DNA of 29,609 nt, taken from contig JBLIRO010000063.1 in NCBI GenBank assembly GCA_049472335.1, positions 1 to 29,609 of the forward strand, read 5' to 3'. Source of the stretch: a bacterium (GTDB taxonomy: Bacteria > SZUA-182 > DTGQ01 > JAFGSM01). Positions 9,209 to 18,372 of the stretch are shown one piece after another. Both the position numbers and the translations under genes were made by a program. The first letter of the stretch is position 1; every line of letters starts with the position of its first letter. Under the pieces are notes generated by a model, which saw only the letters and a list, made by a program, of their open reading frames with translations, was not told the origin of the DNA and did no database searches.

Positions 9209-9466
9209 CTAAATATAACTCATATATTTAAAATTCTCTATAAGCTTCTCACCAAGAAGATTTTGTAATGCTGTTTCAATAGCTTTTTCCGAATAACGAT
9301 ACCGCATGGCCTCAAATTGGGCGCGCTGGCTCTCAATATCTTCTTCTGTGACCGCTCGACTTAATGAGAATAGAATATATTGGTTTAAAGACACGCCTTC
9401 TTTTTGAGCCTGTTCATTTAGTTTGTGATGAAGAGAGTCTGGAATTCTTAATGTAAAACGTACCAT
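9209..9466 (-). CDS. HicB-like ribbon-helix-helix antitoxin
   Basis: RFTLRIPDSLHHKLNEQAQKEGVSLNQYILFSL is the RHH/HicB-like signature. AGGAGG lies upstream. Confidence 0.85.
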   Translation of the reverse strand: MVRFTLRIPDSLHHKLNEQAQKEGVSLNQYILFSLSRAVTEEDIESQRAQFEAMRYRYSEKAIETALQNLLGEKLIENFKYMSYI

Positions 9467-9650
9467 TATCTCTTTACACCTCCTAATTGTTTCAGAAAAT
9501 TTTCTTGCGTAAAAATTTAAAATCCTATACTTTTCGAGGCCTTTTTAAATCTCTGACGTTTTTCTTAGGAAGCATCACCCTAATTTAACACACATTTGAG
9601 CACCATGTCATATTTAGGATCAGGAAATTTTGTTCGATCGAAAAAATAAG
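9466..9650 (-). pseudogene. Degraded PIN-domain toxin, C-terminal part
   Basis: Minus strand reads YFFDRTKFPDPKYDMVLKCVLN*...NVRD, then after a frameshift ASKSIGF*IFTQENFLKQLGGVKR*. This matches the PDPxDDxVxxCA...NxRDF...TPxEFL tail of PIN toxins. Its TAA overlaps the antitoxin ATG (TAATG, 9468-9464). Confidence 0.65.
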
Positions 9651-9908
9651 AATCTTTCCCCCGGATTCGGCCTTTTATGAACAAAGGGAAATTTCTGCTT
9701 GCCTCGGAAAATGTATAAATAGTTATGATCTTAATTTTGAAAGTTTGATTGCAGGTTTGATCACCTCATTTTTATGTTCTTCACTCGCGATAACCGCAAT
9801 CATAAGAGAGAAATCCATGACAAAATTTGTTTATCCTCATTAATTATACAGTTGTAAAACCATTATAAAACTCTAAAATAAAAAGCTCAATAAAAAGTTA
9901 CTTTCATC

Positions 9909-9941
9909 CTTAAGCCATTAACCTATCTTAAGGCATTAACC
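9909..9941. repeat. 15-bp direct repeat pair, 18-bp period
   Basis: CTTAAGCCATTAACC (9909-9923) and CTTAAGGCATTAACC (9927-9941), one mismatch. A 12-bp tandem duplication TAATCTAGTTAT x2 (9964-9987) also spans the fliA stop. Confidence 0.5.
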
Positions 9942-9979
9942 CATTTGATGATTTAGTTATCTATAATCTAGTTATTAAT

Positions 9980-10792
9980 CTAGTTATTCAAGCTAAACAT
10001 CAAGGTTGCCTTCTTATTCTTCAGATACTGGCGCAATTTATTCAGTCCTTCATTATGATGTGTGGAAACCGTGGATTCGGCCAATCCGAGTATCTGTCCC
10101 ACCTCTTTCATGGTGTAATCATCCCAGTAATAAAGAGAGAGGACCTGTCTTTGTTTTTCGGGCAAATCCTCCATGGCATCCAGGATAATGCTTTTCACTT
10201 CGTGCATGGTGAGATCATCCAGCATCCTTTTATCGGAATCATCAGAGAGAAGATTAAGGAAACTGCAACCATCTTCCGAATTACCCATCATTTCGTCGAT
10301 ATCTTCTATATGGACCAGGGTGGCGCCGTGAACCTGATTTCTGATCTCGTAGAATTGCTCCATATTTATATTCAGACGCTTGGCTACCTCTTCATCAGAC
10401 ACAGCCCTGCCCAGTTTTTGCTCAAGGCTTAATATAGTCTGTTCCACCATCTTGGCCTTGTTCCTTACCGACCTGGAGACGAAGTCCATTCCCCTCAGCT
10501 CATCCATTATGGCGCCTCTAATACGGAATTTGGCATAATTGCTGAATCTTTTTTGTTTCGAGGGGTCATATTTTTGTGCTGCATCGATAAGCCCCATTAT
10601 TCCGGCCTCCATCAGATCATTCATATCGATGGAAGCGGGGAGATAATCCAGGATATTGGAAGCAATATTTTTCACCAAAAAAATGTGACTGAGTATCAAA
10701 TCCTTTTCTGCTTCTGTTTTAATCTGTTGCATCTTTTTCACCATTTTTCCTTTCTTTCCCCCTATGGAAAGTGGTATATACCCACCCCCCAT
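9980..10792 (-). CDS. fliA: RNA polymerase sigma factor, FliA/WhiG (sigma28) family
   Basis: DLMEAGIMGLIDAAQKYDP...FSNYAKFRIRGAIMDELRGMD.VSRSVR (region 2) and LPEKQRQVLSLYY...TMKEVGQILGLAESTVS (region 4). The true start may be the later ATG (MVKKM). Confidence 0.9.
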   Translation of the reverse strand: MGGGYIPLSIGGKKGKMVKKMQQIKTEAEKDLILSHIFLVKNIASNILDYLPASIDMNDLMEAGIMGLIDAAQKYDPSKQKRFSNYAKFRIRGAIMDELRGMDFVSRSVRNKAKMVEQTILSLEQKLGRAVSDEEVAKRLNINMEQFYEIRNQVHGATLVHIEDIDEMMGNSEDGCSFLNLLSDDSDKRMLDDLTMHEVKSIILDAMEDLPEKQRQVLSLYYWDDYTMKEVGQILGLAESTVSTHHNEGLNKLRQYLKNKKATLMFSLNN

Positions 10793-10806
10793 GAGCAGAA
10801 ACCGTA

Positions 10807-12144
10807 TCAGATTTTAACTCCAGTAAGAATATTCAATAGCTGCCCTTTTACATCAATCTCCTGTTTTTCCCCGGCCTGATCGTCTTCCGAAAGTTCCTGA
10901 TCAATCTCCTCCGAAGAAGAAATCGACTTGGGTAAAACGATTGTCAATTCGGAACCCAGGCCCTGTTCACTTTCCAACCAGATGTCTCCGCCATATGGTT
11001 TCAGGAGCTCAAGGCAGGAATGCAGTCCCAATCCATAACCAACTCTCTGTTTTTGTGTGCTACTATCTCCTAAAGAGGCCTTTGTTGAAAAAAACGGTTC
11101 AAAGACTTTCTCTTTTAAATTCTCCGGGATTCCAATCCCTGTATCTCTGACAGATAAATAGATCCGTTCATCATCCTGATATGTCCTGATTGTTATCTCC
11201 TTTTTCTGAGACTCGTACATCGCCTCAATTCCATTTTTAACGAGATTGTCCAGGACCTGGCTCAGATGACTGTAGACCATGTTTACCTTCCCAACGGTGG
11301 GATCAAGGTCATAGGACTTCTTAACCTGATGTTTGAAATAGAGATCGGACTTGAAGAATTCCATTTCCTGAATGATTAAATTATTAATATCAATACAGCT
11401 AGGTGTGATTTCCCTTTCCAGTGTATATTTCTTGAGAATATTGTCTACAATATGGAAAATTTTCTGGGAGTTTTGATAAATTGCCGTTATATCCTGGCCA
11501 AATTTGTTTAAGGTTTCCAAGATATCATTACAGGAAGGATTCCCGCATTCATTGATATTTTTTTCATCTTCGTTTTTCTTTGATATCTGGTCCAGTTCTG
11601 CCTTTAAAAGCTCCACTCTTCCTGCAATAACCGTCAATGGATTGAGAATATTATGAACTATCCCCTGAATAGAGTTACCAATGATGGCCTGTTTCTCTGC
11701 CTGAATAAGTCGCTGCGATCTCTCTTCAACCATCCTTTCCAGGTTTCTCTTGCGTATCAGGTCTTTTAGCCTGAGGTTTATTATCTCTTTGGCACGATCG
11801 AGGGAGTAATACAGCAGCTCCGATTCTATGGGCTTTAATAAAAAGTCGTATGCCTGGTACTTGACAGCCTTAATCGCAATGTCTATTCGATTGCAACCTG
11901 TCATAACAATCATCTCGGCTAAAAGGTTTCTTTTTTTGGCTTCCTTGATTATTTCCAGGCCATCCATATCCGGAAGCACAACGTCAATAAGCCCCAGGCA
12001 AAAGCAACTTTTCTGTATTTGGTCCATTGCCTCCTGGCCTGTCAGGCACTCAACCGGACAATATCCTCTTTTTCTCAAAATGATGCCCAAGAGAGTCAGC
12101 ACCTCTGGTTCGTCATCAACGATCAGCACCTTTGCTAAGCGCAT
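10807..12144 (-). CDS. Hybrid receiver-histidine kinase (REC-HisKA-HATPase)
   Basis: VLIVDDE, LIDVVLPDMDG, FLLKP. H-box GIVHNILNPL, QVLDNLVKNGIEAM, DTGIGIP, FEPFFSTK, GYGLGL. Overlaps the upstream gene's stop. Confidence 0.92.
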   Translation of the reverse strand: MRLAKVLIVDDEPEVLTLLGIILRKRGYCPVECLTGQEAMDQIQKSCFCLGLIDVVLPDMDGLEIIKEAKKRNLLAEMIVMTGCNRIDIAIKAVKYQAYDFLLKPIESELLYYSLDRAKEIINLRLKDLIRKRNLERMVEERSQRLIQAEKQAIIGNSIQGIVHNILNPLTVIAGRVELLKAELDQISKKNEDEKNINECGNPSCNDILETLNKFGQDITAIYQNSQKIFHIVDNILKKYTLEREITPSCIDINNLIIQEMEFFKSDLYFKHQVKKSYDLDPTVGKVNMVYSHLSQVLDNLVKNGIEAMYESQKKEITIRTYQDDERIYLSVRDTGIGIPENLKEKVFEPFFSTKASLGDSSTQKQRVGYGLGLHSCLELLKPYGGDIWLESEQGLGSELTIVLPKSISSSEEIDQELSEDDQAGEKQEIDVKGQLLNILTGVKI

Positions 12145-13007
12145 CTTACCTTCCCCCCCGGCTGTACTTGAAATAAACGGGCTCTGCTTGGATAGAGTTT
12201 GTCATCCAGCCTGGCAAAGCTGTATGGAGGCCAGGGTCCACTCAGATTAGGCATATAGCCATCCTTTCGCTGGATTTCTTTTAGTGCCTCTTTGATATTT
12301 CCAATCTGATCCTCTGACAACAGGCAAGAGATATTTAACAACATTCTTCTGTCAGCCTCTCCGCCTGTAATCTGTTCTATCTGGAAGTTATTCAAATAAG
12401 GGCGTACCCTGTCCAGAAGGAAACGAGATGCCTGAACGATCTCTTTAGCAATACATCTTTGTAACAAGCTCTTTTGTTTATCTTTATACATGTAAGATGC
12501 TTCCTTTGAGGAGGCCGCTATCTTTTTCTCCATATCCTTAATTTGTGTATTATTCTGTAATACCTTCTTCATAAGCCCGTCATTGGGCCAAAAAATCTGA
12601 ATCCCATATTCCGCTTTATCTTTTAAATCCTTGAATCTCTCTTGGATATGGTCATAAATATCTTTTATCCAGGATTTAACATTTTCTATTGATTCCGTCT
12701 CATTCTCACCATGGATAATACTTCCAAATCTAAGTGGTATAAGTGTTCCAAAGGCTTGCCAAGCATTTTCAACAACTTTGTGGTGTTTCATGGCCCGATC
12801 AATAATTTTCTCCGTGTCATCAACCTGAAGCTCATCAGGCATGCATGGATGGATCAGGGCCATAATTTCCTTATAATCCACAGTTGTAATGGATTGTCCG
12901 TCAAGACCCTTTGCCTTGAATCCATTCAATTCCCCTTTTTTGGTTAAACAAAAAATGTATGTGCCGAACACAAAACCTCCCTGATTATTCTCATATTGTG
13001 TCAACAA
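12135..13007 (-). CDS. GvpL/GvpF-family gas vesicle protein
   Basis: YIFC, HHKVVE, LIPLRFGSII, EYGIQIFW, LLNISCLL and the terminal SGPWPPYSF motif typical of GvpL/GvpF. Confidence 0.88.
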   Translation of the reverse strand: MLTQYENNQGGFVFGTYIFCLTKKGELNGFKAKGLDGQSITTVDYKEIMALIHPCMPDELQVDDTEKIIDRAMKHHKVVENAWQAFGTLIPLRFGSIIHGENETESIENVKSWIKDIYDHIQERFKDLKDKAEYGIQIFWPNDGLMKKVLQNNTQIKDMEKKIAASSKEASYMYKDKQKSLLQRCIAKEIVQASRFLLDRVRPYLNNFQIEQITGGEADRRMLLNISCLLSEDQIGNIKEALKEIQRKDGYMPNLSGPWPPYSFARLDDKLYPSRARLFQVQPGGKVRCA

Positions 13008-13629
13008 TTACCCCTCCCAGGGATTGGCCCATACTTTCTTTCAGATCTAAAGTAAAAAAGGTATGGGGGGGGAGTGGCTCGGACATGCGCAGATCAATTT
13101 GCTGACCAAATCTTTTATTTAAATCATTCTTTATGTCAGCAAACATTATCTGCTCTTCGGGTGTCATCAAAATTGATAAATGAAAGCATATCGCACTATT
13201 AACAGGCTGATGAATCTTGAAGGCATATCCGCTGTTTTCAAGGTTTTCAAAAACATTTTGCTCTATTTGCCCTATTTCTTCCTTCCATATTCCCATCAAG
13301 TCAAACTCTGCCTTGTCTTCAGCATATTTCAACAGGGACCTGAATTTATTAGCCCCTTTTTGGAGAATCATCGCCACGTCTTTCTTTTTCCTGGCCATTG
13401 TTCCGAATTTTACGGGAAGGATGATGCGATCTATGCTGGCCCTCTCCAAGATGGTTTGATATTGGAATAGTGCATCGATCCTTTCAAAATTTGATAGATG
13501 ATTAATACTTTCGTAGTCAGAATGGGTAATAATTGCTGACAGGTCTTGATAGGTAACTAGTTCATAATCCCCAAATTGAGCTCCTACATCTCTTTCCGTT
13601 GACCACACTATAGCCAAAATGTGCCACAT
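12991..13629 (-). CDS. GvpL/GvpF-family protein (divergent, shortened)
   Basis: YQDLSAI, YQTILE, ILPVKFGT, EFDL.GIW and EPLPPHTF (cf. GPLPPYSF). Start chosen at ATG 13629 after GGAGGGG; the ORF track extends to 13683. Confidence 0.75.
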   Translation of the reverse strand: MWHILAIVWSTERDVGAQFGDYELVTYQDLSAIITHSDYESINHLSNFERIDALFQYQTILERASIDRIILPVKFGTMARKKKDVAMILQKGANKFRSLLKYAEDKAEFDLMGIWKEEIGQIEQNVFENLENSGYAFKIHQPVNSAICFHLSILMTPEEQIMFADIKNDLNKRFGQQIDLRMSEPLPPHTFFTLDLKESMGQSLGGVIVDTI

Positions 13630-13773
13630 AATGAATCCCCCCCTCCACTTTTTAAGTTCAGCAGGTAAAAGAACCTGAATCATGTTTAGAACGAAAATGA
13701 TTTTTATATATACAAATTGATCTACTCGAGAACTAAATTCATTTAGGATCTTTTGAACTTGCTTTATAAATGA

Positions 13774-13789
13774 AGCAAATAGAGTGCCA
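13774..13789 (-). promoter_or_regulatory. Sigma54 (-24/-12) promoter for the gvpL/F-gvpL/F-HK-fliA operon
   Basis: Minus strand TGGCACTCTATTTGCT matches TGGCAC-N5-TTGC(A/T) with exact GG/GC spacing. It points at 13629 and lies next to a sigma54 activator gene. Confidence 0.85.
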
Positions 13790-13906
13790 AAAAATATTAA
13801 TTACAAAAAATTATTTCTATCTACCTGTTTTTATGAGAATAATTTTTTTTCGGCCGATCAGAGGAGATTAAAAAGGTGATGCCAGAAATCCATTAAGGGC
13901 TTAAAA

Positions 13907-13969
13907 AATGGAATATCTATGGAATTTACTGGATAGAATCAGGTCCCTAGTATGGAAAAGAATCCTATA
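13907..13969. promoter_or_regulatory. Candidate upstream activator sequences (ATGGAA motifs)
   Basis: AATGGAA at 13907, TATGGAA at 13918 and TATGGAA at 13951 (11- and 33-bp offsets), about 120-180 bp upstream of the sigma54 promoter. AGTATGGAAAA recurs at 18181. Confidence 0.4.
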
Positions 13970-14004
13970 ATTGAACAGATGATAGCGATAATTGAACAAC
14001 AAAT

Positions 14005-15963
14005 TTATTGTTTTTCTATCAGACTATATTTCGATATCTTATTATAAATTGTTTTATAATCTATATCCAGGGCTCTGGCCGCCTTAGCCTTGTCCCAATT
14101 GCTGCAATCCAGACTCATCAAGATCAGGGAACTCTCTGTTTTTTGGCGAATCCGGTTTACAATCTGCTTATAAGAGCAAGAAGGATCGTCTGCAATTATT
14201 TCAGCTACATAATCTGGAAGGGGTACTTCTTTGATATCCTCTTTTAAGATATTTAAATAATCCATTTTAGAGTTCAAAGTTTTATAATCAATCTCAAGCT
14301 TTCTGGCTGCCTTTGCCTTGTTTCCGGAGTTTTCAAAAAGGCCGTTGATGATCAGGGGACGCTCAACTTCCGAGCCTATTTTTTCATTAAGGTCTTTAAG
14401 TGTCATACCAGGTTTGATGAATTCTCCGACCCATCCCCGAGCAAATCCATCTGATCCCATCTTTGCTTTAATGTTGTATTCTTCCATCTTTTTACTCAGG
14501 GTCTTTTGGTTGATATTCAATCTTATGCTTGCCAGGTTTTTTTTGTAATTACATTCCATAAGTACACGTTCTATATATAACCTTTCTGCCTCGGGCACCA
14601 CATAATTTTCCACCTCTTTCAGAGTAAATCCATTTGGAATGTTAAATGATATCCTAACCTCTTCACCGGTGTTATTACCGGATAATAACTCCGGAGGAAG
14701 GTGCTCAGGCAATATGGTCTCCTCCGCTAAAGCACAGGCGCCCTGAATGACATTTTTAAGCTGTCTGATATTACCCGGCCATGAATAGTTCCTCAGAATA
14801 TCCACCACCTCAGGAGAAAGCTCCCGTTCAAGCAACTCCTTTCCCTTAGCCATTGACAATCTCTCTTCATTCAGAAAATGACGCGCTAATAATATGATAT
14901 CATTAGGTTTTTCTCTTAAAGGGGGCAGATGGACATGGAATTGGTTTATCCGGAAAAAGAGATCTTCCCGAAAATAACCATTATCTTTTGCAGCTTCAAG
15001 GTCCTTATTGGTTGCCGAAATGAGTCTTAAATCCAAATCTATGTATTTCTTACCTCCAAGGGGCAATATCTTATGTTCCTGAATAACCCTGAGGAGTTTA
15101 CATTGAGATTCAGTTTTCAGATTGCCTAGCTCATCAAGGAAAAGAGTGCCCCGATGGGCCATTTCGAATAATCCTTTCTTCTTTTTATCAGCCCCTGTGA
15201 AAGCACCCTTATCATATCCGAACATTTCACTTTCAAAGAGGCTATCAGGAATTGCGGCACAATCTATAGGTATGAACGGCCCGTCTTTTCTATTGCTTTT
15301 GCAATGAATTGCCCTTGCTAGCAGCTCCTTTCCGGTGCCATTCTCTCCGGTAATAAGTATTGAAAGATCTTTCACAGCTACCTTACGAAGCCTTTCGAAG
15401 ATGTCAAACATTTTGGGGTCAGCGGTAATAATGGAATCGAAGTCGTAACGTTCCTCTAATTTTTTTCTAAGCATCGAAATCTCTTCCATAAGCCTTTTTT
15501 CCTTTAAGGCCTTAAGGATAGAAAATTTGATCTCTTCAATATGATACGGTTTGGAAAAATAATCATAGGCCCCTGTCTTGATAGCCTGAACAGCATCCTT
15601 GATACTCTCGTTACCCGTCATAATAAATGTAATTATATGCTCATAATGTGCCCTTATTTTTTCGAGCGCTTCTAATCCATTCATCCCTGGCATCTTAACG
15701 TCTAAAAAAACGATCTGGGGTGAAAATTTAGGTACCATTTTCAGAGCTTCTTCAGCCCTTTCAGCAGTCTTGACCTTATACCCTTCCCTTTCCAAAAAAT
15801 TAATCAAGGGCCATAACACCTCTGGTTGATCATCCACCAAAAGAACCCTTATGGGGGTTGAATCTGTTCTATAATTAATAGATTCAAATGACATATCCGA
15901 TCTCTCGTTTTGGGACCTGTTTCCTGATTCGTGGCTGCCGGACCTTATCCTGTTGGAATTCAT
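14005..15963 (-). CDS. NtrC-family sigma54-dependent response regulator with three tandem Fis-type HTH domains
   Basis: REC domain (VLLVDDQ, FLDVKMPGMNG, KP). AAA+ domain with GENGTGKE, intact GAFTGA, LFLDE, FREDLFFR and WPGNIRQL. Three C-terminal repeats of E...I...L.....(N/D)K..A...L.I..KT...K. Confidence 0.95.
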   Translation of the reverse strand: MNSNRIRSGSHESGNRSQNERSDMSFESINYRTDSTPIRVLLVDDQPEVLWPLINFLEREGYKVKTAERAEEALKMVPKFSPQIVFLDVKMPGMNGLEALEKIRAHYEHIITFIMTGNESIKDAVQAIKTGAYDYFSKPYHIEEIKFSILKALKEKRLMEEISMLRKKLEERYDFDSIITADPKMFDIFERLRKVAVKDLSILITGENGTGKELLARAIHCKSNRKDGPFIPIDCAAIPDSLFESEMFGYDKGAFTGADKKKKGLFEMAHRGTLFLDELGNLKTESQCKLLRVIQEHKILPLGGKKYIDLDLRLISATNKDLEAAKDNGYFREDLFFRINQFHVHLPPLREKPNDIILLARHFLNEERLSMAKGKELLERELSPEVVDILRNYSWPGNIRQLKNVIQGACALAEETILPEHLPPELLSGNNTGEEVRISFNIPNGFTLKEVENYVVPEAERLYIERVLMECNYKKNLASIRLNINQKTLSKKMEEYNIKAKMGSDGFARGWVGEFIKPGMTLKDLNEKIGSEVERPLIINGLFENSGNKAKAARKLEIDYKTLNSKMDYLNILKEDIKEVPLPDYVAEIIADDPSCSYKQIVNRIRQKTESSLILMSLDCSNWDKAKAARALDIDYKTIYNKISKYSLIEKQ

Positions 15964-18020
15964 TGCCTCTCGCTCCCCTCCCCCTTTATTTTTTGCTTCC
16001 TGTAAGGTAACTGGACGTAGATTTTTGTTCCTTTTCCTGTCTCACTTTCAACCCATATCCTTCCATAGTGTTCTTCTATAATCCTTTTTGTAACTGTAAG
16101 GCCGAGACCAATACCTCTGCTCTTTTTGGAAAAAAACGGTTCGAAGATCTTATCCATATCCTCAGGGTCAATCCCTGTCCCTGAATCCTGAAAGATGATC
16201 TGAATCCTTTGATGCAATGGATCATCTTTTGTGTAAATGGTCAGTTTTCCTCCCTTCGGCATAGATTGGACCGCATTTATAATGAGATTTATAAACACCT
16301 GGCCGATATGTTGTTCATCACAAGCTATCAATGGCAAAGCAGGGTCCAGTTCAAGCTGAAGCCCGATATTTCGCTTCTGGCACCTATATTTGAGCAAAGA
16401 AACCGTTTTTTCTAAACATGCGTTTATATTCATCAATTCAAAAACCATAGTGATCGGTCTGGCAAAATTAACTAATTCATTTATAACCGATTCTATTAAT
16501 TCACAGCTTTCAGCCATAACATTCAGATGCTCTGTGATCGCGTCATCTCCCTGACCTTTAATGGTATGCAGATACTGTATTGACCCATGGATTACGGAAA
16601 GGGGATTTCTAACCTCATGGGCTATGCCTCTGGCGAGCTGTAGCAGAGAGTTTTCTTTCTCTATACGCTGCAGCTCTTTTCCCATAACTTTATTTTTAGT
16701 CAAATTCTCCATCAATAATAACAAATTTTCAGTTTCTCCTTCCGTACTATGGATGGGAATGAGCTTTAGTCCCAATATCTTACATTGTTCCTGATTTTCT
16801 CTATATTCAATCTCTATGGAATCAACGGATCTGCCCTCGTTAATGGCCTCGCATATTACCGGTTCTAATTTTTGAGAAATCTGATCAGGCAGACAGGAAG
16901 AAGGAGGCTTATTGATGACATCTTCAGATCTCAGGGAAAAAAGGTCTAGAAATGCCGGATTTGCCTTAAGCATTTTGCCTTCCTTATCACAGAGGACCAG
17001 GCCTATAGGGAGTCCGGAAAGTATCCTCTCGTTGTGCTCCTGAAGAAGGCGTATTCCATCGCCTGCACCTTCTAATCCTTCATTTACCTTGTCTAATGAT
17101 ACCATTATCTGGTCTTCCTTGATCCTTGCCAGAAGTCCGCTCTGGTGTGTAATGTCCCTGGCAATTCCTAATACTCCGGCAAGGCCGAAGTATTCATCAT
17201 AGATAGGTGAAGTGCTTATGATCATATTCCTTTTTTTACCATTGTTATCTTTTAACGAAACTTCCCATTCTTCAGGCTTTTCCATTTTAATTGATCTGTC
17301 AATCAGTGCGGCATCTGTCTTTTCAGACAAAAGCGAAAAAAAGGATCTTGTCATAAGAGAATCCCTATTGTAGCCTAATGCCTCAATCTTAGGATTGACA
17401 TAGGTAAAATGTCCATTTATGTCCAGTGTAAAAATGATGTCATTGGCCTTTTCCAGGATATTATTCAGGTAATAATCAACCTCCGCGGCTTTTGCCTCAA
17501 GGGCCTCTTCCCTCTCTTTTAATTGACCGCATGTCTGTTTTAACTGTTCTAATAAATGACGGTTTTCCATCTCCAATTTTTGTTTATCAAGACAATGCCT
17601 TACATCATTTTCAAGGGTTGAGAATTTTATAGGTTTGGTCAAATAATCATAAGCACCTGCTTTCAGGGTCTTAAGAGCAGAGTCAAGACTCTCAAACCCT
17701 GTAATAATGATTATCTTTGTATCCGGGCTAAGGATCAAGATTCTTTTTTGGAGTTCAATACCATCCATACCGGGCATGCAGAGATCCTGAATAACCAGGT
17801 GAATAAACTGCCCCTTTACGATTTCCAATGCCTGAAAAGGCTCCGGACTTGTAAATACCTGATAACCCAAAGATTTGAGAAATTCCTTCATTGGCTCCCG
17901 AATACCTTCCTCATCATCTACAATCAATATCCGAGCAGGCCCATCATTCCAATATTTAAGAGAATCTTTTCTGATTCCGGGAAAACTCTCTATCCTTGGG
18001 AATATTCTTGACTGTTTCAC
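15960..18020 (-). CDS. Cytoplasmic hybrid sensor kinase REC-PAS-PAS-HisKA-HATPase
   Basis: ILIVDDE/QDLCMPGMDG/KP. Two PAS-like regions (DIIFTLDINGHFTYVNP...ARDIT; GLVLCDKEGKMLKANPAF). AHEVRNPL, QVFINLIINAVQSM, DSGTGI, GIGLGL. 4-nt ATGA overlap with the activator gene. Confidence 0.93.
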   Translation of the reverse strand: MKQSRIFPRIESFPGIRKDSLKYWNDGPARILIVDDEEGIREPMKEFLKSLGYQVFTSPEPFQALEIVKGQFIHLVIQDLCMPGMDGIELQKRILILSPDTKIIIITGFESLDSALKTLKAGAYDYLTKPIKFSTLENDVRHCLDKQKLEMENRHLLEQLKQTCGQLKEREEALEAKAAEVDYYLNNILEKANDIIFTLDINGHFTYVNPKIEALGYNRDSLMTRSFFSLLSEKTDAALIDRSIKMEKPEEWEVSLKDNNGKKRNMIISTSPIYDEYFGLAGVLGIARDITHQSGLLARIKEDQIMVSLDKVNEGLEGAGDGIRLLQEHNERILSGLPIGLVLCDKEGKMLKANPAFLDLFSLRSEDVINKPPSSCLPDQISQKLEPVICEAINEGRSVDSIEIEYRENQEQCKILGLKLIPIHSTEGETENLLLLMENLTKNKVMGKELQRIEKENSLLQLARGIAHEVRNPLSVIHGSIQYLHTIKGQGDDAITEHLNVMAESCELIESVINELVNFARPITMVFELMNINACLEKTVSLLKYRCQKRNIGLQLELDPALPLIACDEQHIGQVFINLIINAVQSMPKGGKLTIYTKDDPLHQRIQIIFQDSGTGIDPEDMDKIFEPFFSKKSRGIGLGLTVTKRIIEEHYGRIWVESETGKGTKIYVQLPYRKQKIKGEGSERQ

Positions 18021-18108
18021 CTGTCCCCCCTAACCTTTATTGAGCTTAAAAAAATTCAACCATAGCCTGTTTATGGTTTAATAATGGTTTAATAAAGGAA
18101 TATATTGT

Positions 18109-18137
18109 ATCATAGTCGAACTTTTTGGGACCGTCAA
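18109..18137 (-). promoter_or_regulatory. Sigma70-type promoter for the kinase-activator operon
   Basis: Minus strand TTGACG (18137-18132), 17-nt spacer, TATGAT (18114-18109). Confidence 0.65.
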
Positions 18138-18182
18138 GCATTTTAAAAGAGTAGATGAACATATTTCAAGTATATGAACAAG

Positions 18183-18200
18183 TATGGAAAACATTCCATA
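18183..18200. promoter_or_regulatory. Palindromic operator candidate TATGGAA-N4-TTCCATA
   Basis: Perfect 7-bp inverted repeat in the divergent intergenic region. The half-site matches those upstream of the sigma54 promoter. Confidence 0.5.
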
Positions 18201-18267
18201 CTTATTAAATCGGATAAAATTTGTATTCAACTTCTATAGCATTTACAAAAAGTATTCATAAATCAAT

Positions 18268-18295
18268 CGAAGTCCAAGTTATTTCTTACCGATAA
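18268..18295 (+). promoter_or_regulatory. Possible sigma28 promoter for the single-domain receiver gene
   Basis: CGAAG-N15-ACCGATAA. The -10 matches GCCGATAA at 7/8; the -35 is weak. Confidence 0.35.
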
Positions 18296-18372
18296 AAATG
18301 TAAATAGCTCGTCTATATCTTTTTTTATGGAAAAAAAATCAATACAAAAATTAGAGAAAAGAGGGTTAGCAA

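Noticed and set aside
12135..13629. Complete gas vesicle cluster
   Set aside because: No gvpA/J/K/N/G-like ORF is visible in the window.
13810..13845. IHF site between the sigma54 promoter and the putative enhancer
   Set aside because: The position is plausible and AT-rich, but the match to WATCAANNNNTTR is too poor to call.
13834..13860. Sigma28-like -10 GCCGATCA on the plus strand
   Set aside because: No matching -35, and it points antisense into the activator gene's 3' end.
18058..18094. 11-bp tandem repeat ATGGTTTAATA x2 and a small hairpin in the kinase leader
   Set aside because: Short and AT-rich; no function can be supported from sequence.
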